Positions 1 to 9,455 of a DNA stretch of 64,000 bases are shown here, one piece after another. The number at the start of each line of letters is the position of its first letter. Within the stretch, counting starts at the first letter, position 1. A program made the translations under genes and the position numbers. Origin of the DNA: an uncultured delta proteobacterium (GTDB lineage Bacteria > Myxococcota_A > Polyangia > Palsa-1104); contig CAWAWS010000008.1 of NCBI GenBank assembly GCA_963785725.1, positions 1 through 64,000 on the forward strand, written 5' to 3'. Below the pieces are notes generated by a model. The model was given only the letters and a program-made list of their open reading frames with translations, was not told the origin of the DNA and did not search any database.

Positions 1-83
1 CGTGCCCAATCTGAGCTGGCCGATCGCGGTCAAGAACCGCATCGTCGTGGCTGCGCTCGGTCATCTCTGCTCGTGGTCGCCCG

Positions 84-1377
84 GTGGCAAGTAGCCGCGG
101 CCTCGTCGCCTTGGTCGTGGCCTTCGTCGGCTGCGGTGGCGGCAGCGGCGGGGCGCGCGATCTCGGCGTCGGCGTCGACATGAGCAGCGCCGACCTCGGC
201 GCCGGCGATGCCGGCGGCGACATGGCGCAGCCCGCGTGCATCACGCCGGCGACGCCCGGCAGTCGTGCAGCCGCGCCGGTCATGACCAAGCTGCCCATCT
301 GCAAGCTGAGCCAGACCGGCTGCATGGACGCGCGAGCCCACGCAGTTCGCCGCCGACGCGCAGTCTATTACGAGGTCAACAGCCCGCTGTGGTCCGACAA
401 TGCGGCCAAGTCGCGCGCCTTCGTGCTGCCCGACGGCGGCACGATTCACGTCAAGAATTGCGGGCCGACGCACGCCGACGCAGCTGGCCGAATGCAGTGT
501 CGCCGATCGGCATCCCCAATGGCGACGGCCGAGACCGGCAAGTGGGTCTTCCCCGTCGGCACGGTCATGATCAAGAACTTCATCGTTCGACGGCAAGCTC
601 GTCGAGACGCGCCTCTTCATGCACGTCGACGCGCGCGACCGCGAGCTCATCCAGAACGGCAGCCGACTGGGTCGGCTACAACTACGCCTGGAACGAGGCG
701 CAGACCGAAGCGACGCGTCGTGCCCGACACGCGCACCGCCGTGTCAGTTCAACACCGGCGCGCAGACGGTGACGTGGAACTACCCGAGCTTCACCGACTG
801 CATCGGCTGCCATAGCCCGGCGTCGACACGATGGGCCCGGAGACGGACGCAGATGAACCGCACGGTCGACGGCGGCAACCAGATCGACACGTTCGTCGCG
901 ATGGGCCTCTTCGACGACACGGCGCCGGCGAAGCCTTACGCGACGCCGCTCGTCGAGCCGTACGCCAACGCGGCGCTGGGGCTCGACCGGGCCGCCGGCC
1001 GGCGCGACCGTCGATCAGGAGGCGCGCTCGTACCTGAGCGCGAACTGCGGCTTCTGCCATCGCCCCGACGTCAACGACCAGGGCTTCGACTTGCGCTATT
1101 CGCTCTCGCTCTACGAAACCAAGGTCTGCAATCTCACGCCAACAGAACGGCATCCCCGGAATGACGACCACGCAGTACGTCGGAATTCGCGCCCGGCAAT
1201 CACGCCGGCTCGGCCTTGTGGGTGCGGATGAACATCCCGGTGCCCGACGGACGACGTCGCACGAGAGTGACAACGTCGGGCGCATGCCGTCCGCGCGCCA
1301 GCTTCGTCGTCGACGCGCAGGCCACGGCGCTCATCGCCGCCTGGATCGACGGCACCGCCAGCTGCCCGACGCAATAG
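84..1377 (+). CDS. Lipoprotein with SO2930/HNE_0200-like diheme c-type cytochrome domain, split by several frameshifts
   Basis: Lipobox-like FVGC; YEVNSPLWSDNAAKSR and WVFPVGTVMIKNF motifs; two CxxCH motifs in different frames (CIGCH ~799-813, CGFCH in ARSYLSANCGFCHRP ~1046-1060); ends IAAWIDGTASCPTQ-TAG at 1377. Confidence 0.65.
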
Positions 1378-1380
1378 CCG

Positions 1381-2349
1381 CTACGGCGCGACGACCACGT
1401 CCCAAGGCTCGCCGCCGACGGCGATGCGGCGGTCGACATTGCCGCTGACGACGTCGATGATCGACAGATTGTGGCCGCTGCCGTTGGCGCTGTAGAGGTG
1501 GCGGCCGTCGCGATCGAGCGCCAGGCCGAGCGGCGCTTGGCCGGCGCCGTCGATGCTGCGCAGCTGGCGTCGTGCGGCGACGTCGAGGATGGCGACGGAG
1601 GCGCCGCGGCCGCAGCTGACGTAGAGCGTGTGGCCGTCGGCCGATAGGGCGCCCCCCGAGGGGTGCACGCCGGCGGGCGCGGCCGAGTCCTGCGTGACGG
1701 CGATGTTGCCGAGCGGCGCCAGGCTCGCGGCATCGAAGACCGTGACCGCTTTGCCGCGCTCGCTCATGACATAGGCGGTGCGTCCGTCGTCGCCGAGGAC
1801 GACGGCGCGCGGGCCGGCGGCGACGGGGATGCGGGCCACGACGGCGAAGCTGTGCGCGTCGACGGCGACCACCTGGTCGGCGCCGGCGACGGAGACGAAG
1901 ACGAGCTGGCCGTCGGGGCGCACGGCCACGCCCGCGGGCTTGGCGCCGACGGCGACGCGACCGCGCGGCGCGCCCGTGACGGCGTCGACGGCGACCAGCT
2001 CGCCCGCGCCGTCCGTCGCGACCCAAAGCGTGCCGTCGACGCGCGACACGGCCAACGCCGCCGGCTTGCCGTCGACGAGCAGCTTACGCACCGTTCGTTG
2101 CCGCAGGTCGACGACGGCCACGCCGTCGGCGACCGCGACGTAGAGCCGTCGCTGCTCGGTCAAGAGCGCGAGGCCGCGCGGCTCGGCGCCGACGTCGATG
2201 CGGTCGAGCACCTGAGCGGCGCGCGGATCGACCGCGATCACCTGTCGGCCGGCGTGATCGCTGACCCACAGGCGCGGCCCGGGCGGCGAACGACGCGCGC
2301 AACCGAGCGACAAGCCGAGGCAAACGAGTAGCGCGCAGGTCTTGGCCAT
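1381..2349 (-). CDS. YVTN/YncE-type beta-propeller lipoprotein
   Basis: Lipobox SLGC; repeated blades such as IDVGAEPRGLAL, VAVGAKPAGVAVRPDG, IPVAAGPRAV, IAVGGEPWDVVV. Confidence 0.85.
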   Translation of the reverse strand: MAKTCALLVCLGLSLGCARRSPPGPRLWVSDHAGRQVIAVDPRAAQVLDRIDVGAEPRGLALLTEQRRLYVAVADGVAVVDLRQRTVRKLLVDGKPAALAVSRVDGTLWVATDGAGELVAVDAVTGAPRGRVAVGAKPAGVAVRPDGQLVFVSVAGADQVVAVDAHSFAVVARIPVAAGPRAVVLGDDGRTAYVMSERGKAVTVFDAASLAPLGNIAVTQDSAAPAGVHPSGGALSADGHTLYVSCGRGASVAILDVAARRQLRSIDGAGQAPLGLALDRDGRHLYSANGSGHNLSIIDVVSGNVDRRIAVGGEPWDVVVAP

Positions 2350-2382
2350 GCTCGATATGTACTACGGCCGCCGCCGCCGCCG

Positions 2383-4656
2383 TTACGGCAGATGCCAGGT
2401 GACGCGGCCGAAGACGCGGCGCAGCGGCGCATAGGCGCTCCCGACGACGCTGGCGGTGCCGATGCGATAGGCCCACAGCTCGTCGCCGAGGTTGAGGATG
2501 TCGACGGCTGCCTCGGGTTGGCCCCAGATGTCGAAGCGGTGGCGCAAGCTGACGTCGACGGTGGCGTGCTGCGGCAGCGCCAGCTGGTTGCTCTCGCCGG
2601 TACGCAAGCCGCTGCCGTATTGCACGAGCGCGCTCACGTGCGTGCGCTGCGCGCGATCGTGCAGATCGACGCCGGCATTGAAGGTGACGATCTGCTGGTG
2701 GTCGAACGCTTGCCAGCCGGCATACGCCAGCTGGTCGGCGTTGAAGAGATACTTCGAGCTGACGATGCCTTGGCCTTGCACCGCCTGCAGCGAGACGTTG
2801 CCGAACGTCGTCAGCCAGCGCGTCGGGATGAGCTGGAATTCGAGCTCGAGACCGCCGCCACGCCCACGCCGGTAGTTGTATTCGGCCTTGAGGTCGGTGT
2901 TGCCGATCTCCTCGTCGTCGAGCGGATGGTTCATGAGCCGGCCCCACAGCGTCACTTCCGTCTCCAGCCACGGCTTGGGCCGCACGGCCACGCCCACCTC
3001 CGCCGACCACGTCTCTTCGGGGCGGACGTCGAGCTCGAGCGGCTGGCCGGGCGGCACGAGGCCGAGCGCGCGCGCCGCCGTCGGCGCGTCCAGCGACGGC
3101 GGCTGCCACAAGTAGCCGACGAAGGCGTGCAGCCGCACCAAGCGGCCGAGATCGTAGGTCGCGCCCAGGCGTCCCGACGGCGTGTCGAAGGTGATGGTGC
3201 GCTCGGCGGGGACGGCGATGGCTTGCAGGTCGAAGCGCACGCCGCCGAGCAGCGTCAGGCGACCCCAGGTGAAGCGATCTTGCGCGAAGGCGACCACGCT
3301 GCCGATGTGCGTGCGATCGCGGCCGCCCAGCGTCAGCGACGGGTCGGGACCGCCGGCGGGCGCGCTGTCGTCGCGCGTGTATTGCTTGTAGCCGATGCTG
3401 TTCTCCTCGTCGCCGCCCTGCAGCCCGGCTTTGAGCAGGTGATGCTGACCGAGGAAGATCCAATAGTGCAGGATGGCGTTGTAGCTCTGCGCGCCGTGGT
3501 TGATGTCGCTGCAGATGGTGCCGGGATCGGCGGTGGCGCCGAGGCTGCGCGTCGGATCGCAGCTCAAGTCGCCTTCGGAGTCGCGCACGATGGCGGCGGC
3601 CAGCCAATTGCCGTGGGCGCCGCTGTGACGATAACTGACCGTGGCCAGAAGGTCGCGCTCGCGCTCGAGCGGGTTGGAGTCGAGCGGGATGTAGCGCGGC
3701 GGATCGTTGCCATACTGGTCGGGCCCGCGCACGGCGCCGGGCGGCGCGTCGGCGAGCGGCAGCAGCGTCGGGTCGAGCGGGATCTGCAGCGTCGACTGGC
3801 GGTAGGCGAAGGTCGCTTCCAGGCGATCGTGCGTCGTCAGACGATAGGCGGCGCGCGCCAACACCTCGCCGCTCTCGGTCTGGTCGTGGACGATGGGATT
3901 GGCGTCGGGCGTGTCGAGGCCGCGGTCGGTGCGCTCGTAGTTGCCGGCGACGAGCAGGCTGAAGCGGCCCCAGCCGGCCGCGTAGGCCGCCGACGGGCGC
4001 ACGGTGTCGTAGCTGCCGTAGGTGATCTTGGCGTAGCCGACCTGCCCGTGCTCGGGGAGCAGCGTGCTCAGCGCTGCGACGCCGGCGACGCCGCCGTATT
4101 CGACCGGCATGCCGCCGATGGTCAAATCGACGCGCGTGATGAGCTCGGTCGGGATCAGCGTCAACAGCTGGTTCGACAGCGCGGCCGGCAGCGGAACGCC
4201 GTCGAGCCAGTAGCTGATGTCTTCGTAGTTGCCGCGCACGTGGTTCTGGCCGAGCGCGTCGGCGGTGACGCCGGGCAGGACGCGCAGCGCCTCGGGCAGC
4301 TCGCGGTCGACGGCGCCGGGGATCATGCGCAGCGTCGCGGCGTCGAGCTGGAAGGTGCTGCTGCCGGTCTTCGGCGTGTCTCGGCTGCCGATGACGCTCG
4401 ACTGATACGCCGGAACGAGCGTCCCCGGCGCCGTCTCCATTGGCGTCGTCTCCGGCTGCGGCATTGGCGGCACCGTCGATGGCGTTGATGGGGTCGTCTG
4501 AAGCTGCGGCTGCGGCGTCGGTGTCGGCGTCGGCTGCGCCGTTGGCGTTGGCGTCGGCTGCGCCGTTGGCGTCGGTGTCGGCGTCGGTGTCTTGTCGGCC
4601 GAGGCGACACGCGCGAGGCCGAGCGCGAGCGCGAGCGTGAGGAGCCCGCGCGTCAT
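2383..4656 (-). CDS. TonB-dependent outer-membrane receptor
   Basis: Signal peptide, Pro/Thr linker, plug motif LRVLPGV...HVRG...YWLDGVPL, beta-barrel strands (AFAQDRFTWGRLTLLGGVRFD), C-terminal DILNLGDE...RRVFGRVTWHLP. Confidence 0.9.
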   Translation of the reverse strand: MTRGLLTLALALGLARVASADKTPTPTPTPTAQPTPTPTAQPTPTPTPQPQLQTTPSTPSTVPPMPQPETTPMETAPGTLVPAYQSSVIGSRDTPKTGSSTFQLDAATLRMIPGAVDRELPEALRVLPGVTADALGQNHVRGNYEDISYWLDGVPLPAALSNQLLTLIPTELITRVDLTIGGMPVEYGGVAGVAALSTLLPEHGQVGYAKITYGSYDTVRPSAAYAAGWGRFSLLVAGNYERTDRGLDTPDANPIVHDQTESGEVLARAAYRLTTHDRLEATFAYRQSTLQIPLDPTLLPLADAPPGAVRGPDQYGNDPPRYIPLDSNPLERERDLLATVSYRHSGAHGNWLAAAIVRDSEGDLSCDPTRSLGATADPGTICSDINHGAQSYNAILHYWIFLGQHHLLKAGLQGGDEENSIGYKQYTRDDSAPAGGPDPSLTLGGRDRTHIGSVVAFAQDRFTWGRLTLLGGVRFDLQAIAVPAERTITFDTPSGRLGATYDLGRLVRLHAFVGYLWQPPSLDAPTAARALGLVPPGQPLELDVRPEETWSAEVGVAVRPKPWLETEVTLWGRLMNHPLDDEEIGNTDLKAEYNYRRGRGGGLELEFQLIPTRWLTTFGNVSLQAVQGQGIVSSKYLFNADQLAYAGWQAFDHQQIVTFNAGVDLHDRAQRTHVSALVQYGSGLRTGESNQLALPQHATVDVSLRHRFDIWGQPEAAVDILNLGDELWAYRIGTASVVGSAYAPLRRVFGRVTWHLP
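4505..4590 (-). repeat. Coding Pro-Thr low-complexity repeat (PTPTPTAQ units) in the receptor N-terminus
   Basis: Repeated ggcgtcggctgcgccgttggcgt units; translation TPTPTPTPTAQPTPTPTAQPTPTPTPQPQ. Confidence 0.75.
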
Positions 4657-4868
4657 TGCGCCTTCACGGCGGCGGTGTCGTCGTCATCGCCGCCGTCGAC
4701 GCCGCCGTCGAGCGGGCAACCCGCGTCGGGCGCGGGAGTGCCGTCAGGACACTGCCAGCTCCAGTCGGAGGAGGGGATTGGCGTGCCCGAGTCGTCGTAG
4801 ATGCGGCAAGCAGCGGCGCCGATCGTGATCAGGCCTAGGACGACCCAGAGTAGGTTACGCAGGCGCAT
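4653..4868 (-). CDS. Small acidic lipoprotein, hypothetical
   Basis: MRLRNLLWVVLGLITIGAAAC lipobox; DAG/DGG acidic tail; stop overlaps the receptor ATG (ATGA). Confidence 0.65.
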   Translation of the reverse strand: MRLRNLLWVVLGLITIGAAACRIYDDSGTPIPSSDWSWQCPDGTPAPDAGCPLDGGVDGGDDDDTAAVKAQ

Positions 4869-4928
4869 CGAGGCTGCACGATAGCAGCTGCCGTGCGCCT
4901 CCACTCGCCGCCGCGCACGCAGCGCGGG

Positions 4929-5368
4929 TCAGAAGCCTTTGGGCGGGAGCGCGCGCAGATAGGCGACCAGCCCGCTCTGCTCGGCGGCGCTGAGCGTGAA
5001 CTCGTGGTTGGGCGCGATGAGCGGCGTGCGGTCGGGATACTGGCCGAGCGTCATGATGCCGACGAGGTCGGCGTCGGCGTAGAAGGCTTCGTACGTCGGC
5101 GTGTTGTCGACGCCGCCGGCGCCGTCGTGGCCGCCGAAGTCGGCGAACAGATTGAATCGGGAAGTCGAGCGGCGTGGCCGAGGCGACCAAGGAGGCGCAG
5201 CTGGGTCACCGAGCGGCCGTCGAAGCGGGCGGTCACCGACAGCTGATCGGCGACCGTGCCGCGTCCGCCGACGGTGAGGACGACGCCGTCCGGGTGGCAG
5301 CCGGCGGCGGGACGAACGGCAAGAACAGGCGCACGAACGGGACTGCGGACATGGATGACGGAAGCCAT
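4929..5368 (-). CDS. Hypothetical lipoprotein, frameshifted
   Basis: N-terminal MASVIHVRS...AAGC in one frame; C-terminal FNLFADFGGHDGAGGVDNTPTYEAFY...EQSGLVAYLRALPPKGF-stop in another frame with GC3-rich codons. Confidence 0.4.
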
Positions 5369-5507
5369 CGACAGCAAGAACCTGGCCGCTGACGGGCGCG
5401 CGCTTTCGCGTGGTTGCGGTGGCGCTCGGATGCGCCGCTGGGGAGCGCGGTTCCCAGCGCGGACAGCTGGGCGCGGACGCGAATGCCCGCTTGTCGCCGG
5501 CGTCCGA

Positions 5508-6713
5508 TCAGCGGTTGTCGAACGTGCGCGCGATCTTGAGCTGCGTCGCACCCTCCGCGAACGCATCGGCGGCCTGCGACAGCGCCTTCTGCGAGTGGCG
5601 CACCGTCACCTGGGCGCGAATGCGCGCCGCTCCCTCGGGCACGACCGGATGGCAAAAGCCGATGCAGAAGACGCCCTTGCCATAGAGGAAGTCGGTCAAG
5701 CGCTGTGCCGCGACGGCGTGGCGGGTCAACACGATGACCGCGGGGTGCTCGCCTTCGGCGGTCCACAGCCCGTGCTCGGCGAGCGCGTCGCGGAACAGCT
5801 TGACGTTCAGGGCCAGCTGCTCGCGCAGCTGCGGCTCGGAGCGCAACAGCCCGAGCGACGTGAGCGCCGCCGCCACCGACGCCGGCGGCAGCGCCGTCGA
5901 CGACAAATACGGGCGCGACTTCTGCCGCAGCCACGTCACCAGCTCCTTGCGCCCGGCGACGAAGCCGCCGGCCCCACCGCCGAGCGCGACGCCGAAGGTG
6001 CCGGTGACGAGGTCGATGCGATCGCCGAGGCCGAGCTGATCGTGCGTGCCGCGGCCGCGCTCGCCGACGATGCCGACGCCGTGGCTGTCGTCGACGACGA
6101 CGAGCGCGTTGTACTTCGCGGCCAGCCCGTAGATGTCGCGCAGGTTCGCCGTCAGCCCCGACAGCGGGAAGACGCCGTCGGTGACGATGACGCGGAAGCG
6201 GGCCGAGCGCGAGCGCCGCAAGCGGTCCTCGAGGTGCTCCATGTCCTGGTTGCGATAGGAGTAGACGCGCGCGCGGCACAGCCGGATGCCGTCGGCCAGG
6301 CTGGGTCGCACCAGCTCGTCGCAGAACAGATAGTCGCGATCGGAGAGCAGCGACTCGAAGAGGCCGGTGTTGGCGTGATAGCCGCTGGCGAAGACGAGCG
6401 CGTCGCTGGTGCCGAAGAAGCCCGCCAGCTCGCGCTCGAGCTCGGCGTGCAAGGGCAGCGTGCCGGCGGCCATGCGCGGCGAGGCGACGCCGACGCCCCA
6501 TTGCTCGATGGCGCGAATCGCCGCCTGCTTCACCGCCGGATGCTGCGACAGCCCGAGGTAGTCGTTGGACGCGAAGTTGGTGAGCTCGCGATCGCCGACG
6601 CGGATGGTCGGTCCGGGCGGCGTCGACAAGAGCGGCTCGCGACGCAACAGCCCCGCCTCTTCCAGGTGCTTGGCCTCGGTGCCGAGGAAATCGAGGAACG
6701 CGCTGTTTCTCAT
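5508..6713 (-). CDS. KBL/AONS (alpha-oxoamine synthase) family PLP-fold protein lacking the catalytic lysine; probable pseudoenzyme
   Basis: NFASNDYLGL, GTLPLHAELE, ANTGLFE, VTDGVF, VDDSHGVG, PVVPEGAARIRAQV are typical of kbl; the family motif GTLGKALGG reads GTFGVALGG. ATG at 6713 overlaps the upstream TGA. Confidence 0.85.
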   Translation of the reverse strand: MRNSAFLDFLGTEAKHLEEAGLLRREPLLSTPPGPTIRVGDRELTNFASNDYLGLSQHPAVKQAAIRAIEQWGVGVASPRMAAGTLPLHAELERELAGFFGTSDALVFASGYHANTGLFESLLSDRDYLFCDELVRPSLADGIRLCRARVYSYRNQDMEHLEDRLRRSRSARFRVIVTDGVFPLSGLTANLRDIYGLAAKYNALVVVDDSHGVGIVGERGRGTHDQLGLGDRIDLVTGTFGVALGGGAGGFVAGRKELVTWLRQKSRPYLSSTALPPASVAAALTSLGLLRSEPQLREQLALNVKLFRDALAEHGLWTAEGEHPAVIVLTRHAVAAQRLTDFLYGKGVFCIGFCHPVVPEGAARIRAQVTVRHSQKALSQAADAFAEGATQLKIARTFDNR

Positions 6714-7336
6714 TTGCCGCTCCCGGCCGGCTCGGTGGCGATGAACCATAAGAGCGACGACGCGCAGGCCTGCCACGGCATCGCGTTGTCGTCGCTCGCG
6801 GCGAGGCAGTAACGATCGATGGCGCGCCCGAGCTCGGCGTCGCTCGGCAAAGGACCCGTGCGCAGCCGGAAGTCGACGGCGAGCGCGCCGGCCAGGCGGC
6901 GGCTCTCGTCGGCCAGCGCGCGCCGGTAGTCTTTGGCGGTGGTCATGATCTGGTAGCGCTGCTCCGTCGGGATGAGCTGGGCGTCGCCGAGGAGCTTGGC
7001 GACGATGACGTCGAGGTCGACGGCGCAGCGCTGCGCCTCACCGCCGCGCTTCTTGCAATATTGGCGCGACGCGGTCATCAGGCACTCGAGCTTCAAGCGC
7101 TCGATCTCGGACGCGCAGCTCGAGCGGCTCATCACCTGCGCATAGTTGGTCGCTTGCGCCAGCGCTTCCGCCGGCGTCGCGCGCAGCGCCGCCAGCGCCT
7201 CGTCGAGGTAGGCGACCCGCGCGGCGGCGCCATACGGCTCATCGGCGCCGGCGACCGCGCCGCCGAGGACGACCGCGCAGCCGAGGACGAGCGCGCCCGC
7301 CAGGTTGCGGCGTCGGCGCGCGCCGGCGCGACTCAC
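6710..7336 (-). CDS. Exported helical Cys-rich hypothetical protein
   Basis: GTG start overlapping the upstream TGA; Arg-rich then hydrophobic signal (RRRRNLAGALVLGCAVVLGGAVAGA); six Cys in the mature part. Confidence 0.7.
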   Translation of the reverse strand: MSRAGARRRRNLAGALVLGCAVVLGGAVAGADEPYGAAARVAYLDEALAALRATPAEALAQATNYAQVMSRSSCASEIERLKLECLMTASRQYCKKRGGEAQRCAVDLDVIVAKLLGDAQLIPTEQRYQIMTTAKDYRRALADESRRLAGALAVDFRLRTGPLPSDAELGRAIDRYCLAASDDNAMPWQACASSLLWFIATEPAGSGK

Positions 7337-8859
7337 AGCCGCCCTCGCAGTCGAGCATACTGGCCGCGGAACAGCCCGACGTAATTGCGCAGATGCCGCT
7401 CGTAGGGATAGACCTCGAGCAGATCGGGCCGCGTCGTCATGAAGCCGGGGTCGAGGTAGATGTCGACCGCGTCGAGGCCGTACAGGCGCGTCAGAAGATA
7501 GTCGCGGCCGGCGAACGCGGCCTGCATGCCGCCGGTGGCGCGCGCGTCGAGGCCCGCTTCGCTGAGCAGGGCGCCATAGTGGAAGCCGGGCGCGAGCAGG
7601 CGCGCGACGGCGTCGTAGCGATCGGTGTACAGCGTCGCGCCGGCGGGCGAGGGTGGCACGTGCAGCTCGGCGACGGTGAAGTGGTGGCCGGCGAAGTCGA
7701 ATGGCGTCGACGTGAGCGCCTGCGCCGCGTCTTCGAAGTAGCACTGGAAGGTGATGAACGCGCCACTCGGATGTTGCCGCGACAGGCGTTCGCGCTCGAG
7801 CACGGTGGCGACGTCCGTCGACGCCAGGAGCGCGCGCGGATCGGCGGCCAGCCGCTTGCACGTATCGAGCGCCGCGCCCCAGTGCACGTGCACCTCGCGG
7901 CAGCTGGCGGCGGCCGGCTCGTAGCGGCTCTCGAACATCAGCTGCGCGACAACGTGCTCGAAGACCAGGCTCGCTTGCCGCTCGCCCGTCGGCGCCGGCC
8001 GGTGTGCCAGCGCGCGATAGCGCTCGCAGCTCGCCGCACGGAACGCGCCGTCGCCGGGATCGGGCAGGTTGGTCCACAGCTGGTGCGAGGCGTGCGGCGC
8101 CGTCGCCAGCATCTCCGCCTCGGCGCGTCCGCGCTCGCCGGCGTGGTCGAGCCGCGCGCCGAGGTCGCGCGTGTGCGGCTCGGCCGGGCTCGGGCGCGAC
8201 GTCAGCTTCGTCCACGTGCCGTCGAGGAGGCGCCAGGCGTAGTGCAGCGCCGGCTCATCGCGCTGCCGTCGCGTGCACGGCGGCGCCGCTTGCGCCCGGC
8301 GCTCGGCCGGCGCGCATTGGCCGAGCGACTTCACGTAGCCGAGCGCGAAGGCGCGCTGCATGAGCGCGCAGCCGGGCACGTTGGGATCGGCCGGCGGCGC
8401 CGGCGCCGCCGGATCGGCGCACCAGGTCGCGCCGTACTGGCCGGCCGGCTGCACGAGACCGAGGAGCAGCCCGAGCGCGCGCGCGTCGATGCAGGCGAGC
8501 GCCAGCAGCAGCGCGATGGCCACGCAGACGGCGCGATGGAGCCGCGGGCCCAAGTCGAACGCCTCGCCGCGGTTGTCGCCGAGCGTGATGCGCCGCGCGT
8601 CGCCGCCGACGAAGTGCGCCTCTTCCGCCGTCCACTGGTCGCGCTTGGACGCGAAGCGGAAGTAGTGCAGGCTCGGCTCGTTGAGGCGCCAGAAGCGGAA
8701 GACGAGCGTGCCCACGACGACGGCGAAGCAGCCGACGAAGAAGAGCGTGCCGGCGCCGCGGCTGGCGAGCCGCTCGGGCGCGAGCACCCCGAAGCTGAGG
8801 GCGGCGGCGACACCGGCGACGAGCAGCGTCAGCGTCACCAGCGTCTTGGCGCCGATCAC
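7333..8859 (-). CDS. Membrane protein (about 3 TM) with a large Cys-rich extracytoplasmic domain, hypothetical
   Basis: GTG at 8859 overlapping the motB-like TGA; two N-terminal hydrophobic helices, a third at AVCVAIALLLALACI, then a ~370-aa domain with 8 Cys. Confidence 0.75.
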   Translation of the reverse strand: MIGAKTLVTLTLLVAGVAAALSFGVLAPERLASRGAGTLFFVGCFAVVVGTLVFRFWRLNEPSLHYFRFASKRDQWTAEEAHFVGGDARRITLGDNRGEAFDLGPRLHRAVCVAIALLLALACIDARALGLLLGLVQPAGQYGATWCADPAAPAPPADPNVPGCALMQRAFALGYVKSLGQCAPAERRAQAAPPCTRRQRDEPALHYAWRLLDGTWTKLTSRPSPAEPHTRDLGARLDHAGERGRAEAEMLATAPHASHQLWTNLPDPGDGAFRAASCERYRALAHRPAPTGERQASLVFEHVVAQLMFESRYEPAAASCREVHVHWGAALDTCKRLAADPRALLASTDVATVLERERLSRQHPSGAFITFQCYFEDAAQALTSTPFDFAGHHFTVAELHVPPSPAGATLYTDRYDAVARLLAPGFHYGALLSEAGLDARATGGMQAAFAGRDYLLTRLYGLDAVDIYLDPGFMTTRPDLLEVYPYERHLRNYVGLFRGQYARLRGRL

Positions 8860-9455
8860 GGCAACTCTTTGGCGCGGCTGACCAGCTTGTCCTCGACGGT
8901 GATGCGGCGGTTCTTGGCCTTCGCCTCGCGCACCGCCGCCTGCTCGGTCGTGGTCAGCGTGCCGCCGAACGCCGGCACCTCGATGGCCGGCGTGTTGTCG
9001 GCGTGCGTGCAGATGACGACGTGATCGGGCACGTCGCTGCCGTAACGGGCGATCTCGTGGTAGGCCGCCATCGCGCGCTCGTAGCCGAGCTGCAGGTTCT
9101 TCTCCTTCTGCCCTTCGTTGTCGGTGTGGCCGTGGATGACCAGCATGCGCTTTTGCAGCGGCCCGACGTCGAAGTTGAGCACCGTGTGCGTCTCGTCGTT
9201 GAACAGCTTCGACATGATCTCGTGGCCGCCGTCGCTGAGCTCGCTCTTTCCCGTCGGAAACAGCACGTCGCCGGGCAGCGTCACCATCTTCACCGTCTCG
9301 GTGCCGACGGTGTCCGAGAGGCCGCTCTTGCGCGGCCGCGACTGCACCGCCCACAAGACGACGAAGAAGATCATCACGTTCGTCATCAGATCGATGTAGA
9401 CGATCTGCCAGATGTCGAACGCCCGCCGCTGCCGCGACTCGCGCCGGCGGATCAC
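8856..9455 (-). CDS. motB: MotB-like stator/OmpA-domain protein
   Basis: TM motif WQIVYIDLMTNVMIFFVVLWA with the conserved Asp (9390-9392); OmpA-like peptidoglycan-binding motifs DVLFPTGKSEL, GHTDN, NLQLGYERA, KNRRITV. Confidence 0.85.
   Translation of the reverse strand: MIRRRESRQRRAFDIWQIVYIDLMTNVMIFFVVLWAVQSRPRKSGLSDTVGTETVKMVTLPGDVLFPTGKSELSDGGHEIMSKLFNDETHTVLNFDVGPLQKRMLVIHGHTDNEGQKEKNLQLGYERAMAAYHEIARYGSDVPDHVVICTHADNTPAIEVPAFGGTLTTTEQAAVREAKAKNRRITVEDKLVSRAKELP

Noticed and set aside
5508..6713. Calling the gene kbl or bioF
   Set aside because: The catalytic Lys and stacking His are absent, and there are no tdh or bio genes nearby
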